Assembly: GCA_963765895.1 (NCBI GenBank)
Contig: CAVXZB010000023.1
Coordinates: 32,001 to 96,000 of the forward strand
From: an uncultured Nitrososphaeraceae archaeon
Lineage (GTDB): Archaea; Thermoproteota; Nitrososphaeria; Nitrososphaerales; Nitrososphaeraceae
Reading direction: 5' to 3'
Length of the DNA: 64,000 bases
The position numbers were made by a program, and so were the translations under genes. The notes under the pieces are model-generated. The model did no database searches. It was not told where the DNA came from and saw only the letters and a program-made list of their open reading frames with translations. This document shows positions 63,143-64,000 of the stretch, piece after piece (positions within the stretch are counted from its first letter, which is position 1; every line of letters begins with the position of its first letter).

Positions 63143-63970
63143 ATGCCTGGACTGCGGTTTATAAAATTCATGAATACAGATGATGTTGCAAAAGTTCTAA
63201 CTTGTAATCTAATTTACAAAAGTATTCGCAATATCTTTCGAGGAGTATTCGCAAATAAAATTACACTTCTGGTCCCAGGATTGCTCAGTATAATACTTTT
63301 ATTTGTTCTTCATTCTGCTGCTGTCACAGTAATCTCCAGTGAATCTACAATGCAGAATTTCATCCTTACTGCAACTATTATTTTACTTTTCCTTGTCGAA
63401 GTATCTATTGTATGGGCTGGACTCCTACCTATAAGTATCTCCATACTAGGACTTGTTTTGGTTTTTACAGGTATTACTCTTCCGTTTTATGGTTTAAACA
63501 TACATCAAGAAGGCAATTTTAAGGGAATAAAGGTACTCATAACCCATGAATCGATCGTGCAGGCTGCTGACGCCTATTTTTTTCTGGGTATTTCTATGTT
63601 GTGTTTAAGCATGATAATAGTATTTAGGCCGCGCTTGCTTTATACAAGAAATAGGCCTGAATCTATTGATTCGATGTGGGATAGCTACCAATTATGGGAC
63701 TACAAACAGAAAAGTGGAAGTGAAAGTATCGATAGTTCTCTAAATAATGATTACGCTACTCAATTTGTTGAACCAGTAATACCAATAAAAGATCTGATGA
63801 ATGAAAAGGAAAAATATCTTCTCTGGAGATATGAATACGTACTTGCAGTGATTCATAATCGTCATTATCTTGCTGGAATACATAGTGTTGTTCCGGTAAG
63901 TTCAATCATTTTACGTGATAATACTGGACGCATGATGGGTAAATCAAAGTATACAGGGTTCTTTGTCTAA
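63143..63970 (+). CDS. hypothetical multi-pass membrane protein
   Basis: About four hydrophobic helices followed by a soluble C-terminal domain. Confidence 0.7.
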   Translation: MPGLRFIKFMNTDDVAKVLTCNLIYKSIRNIFRGVFANKITLLVPGLLSIILLFVLHSAAVTVISSESTMQNFILTATIILLFLVEVSIVWAGLLPISISILGLVLVFTGITLPFYGLNIHQEGNFKGIKVLITHESIVQAADAYFFLGISMLCLSMIIVFRPRLLYTRNRPESIDSMWDSYQLWDYKQKSGSESIDSSLNNDYATQFVEPVIPIKDLMNEKEKYLLWRYEYVLAVIHNRHYLAGIHSVVPVSSIILRDNTGRMMGKSKYTGFFV

Positions 63971-64000
63971 CAGTTCAATCCATTTTAAATAGTCATCTTT

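Overview
Archaeal, AT-rich genomic window with a gene set typical of an ammonia-oxidising thaumarchaeon, most likely Nitrososphaeraceae (inference from gene content: tetraether synthase, crotonase of the 3HP/4HB type, two-domain multicopper oxidase, FxLYD protein, Alba, aIF5B-ndk-L24e-S28e-L7Ae cluster, sdhABCD). Most of it is housekeeping DNA. There are four tRNA genes, two with non-canonical BHB introns: Leu-TAG carries two introns, and Gln-TTG carries one at about 10/11. An AT-rich accessory stretch runs from about 40.9 to 52.3 kb. Main highlights: (1) a secreted peptide whose predicted mature form is 37/42 His and starts with the Cu/Ni-binding ATCUN motif Gly-Gly-His, located near a multicopper oxidase and cutA (candidate ribosomal copper-scavenging peptide); (2) a HEAT-repeat protein resembling exactly one half of eukaryotic deoxyhypusine hydroxylase; (3) about 15 small insertions that break often essential genes and cluster at GCNGC and GTAC, read here as long-read errors betraying two DNA-methylation motifs rather than true pseudogenes. 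All family calls come from motif recognition by eye; no database searches were run.
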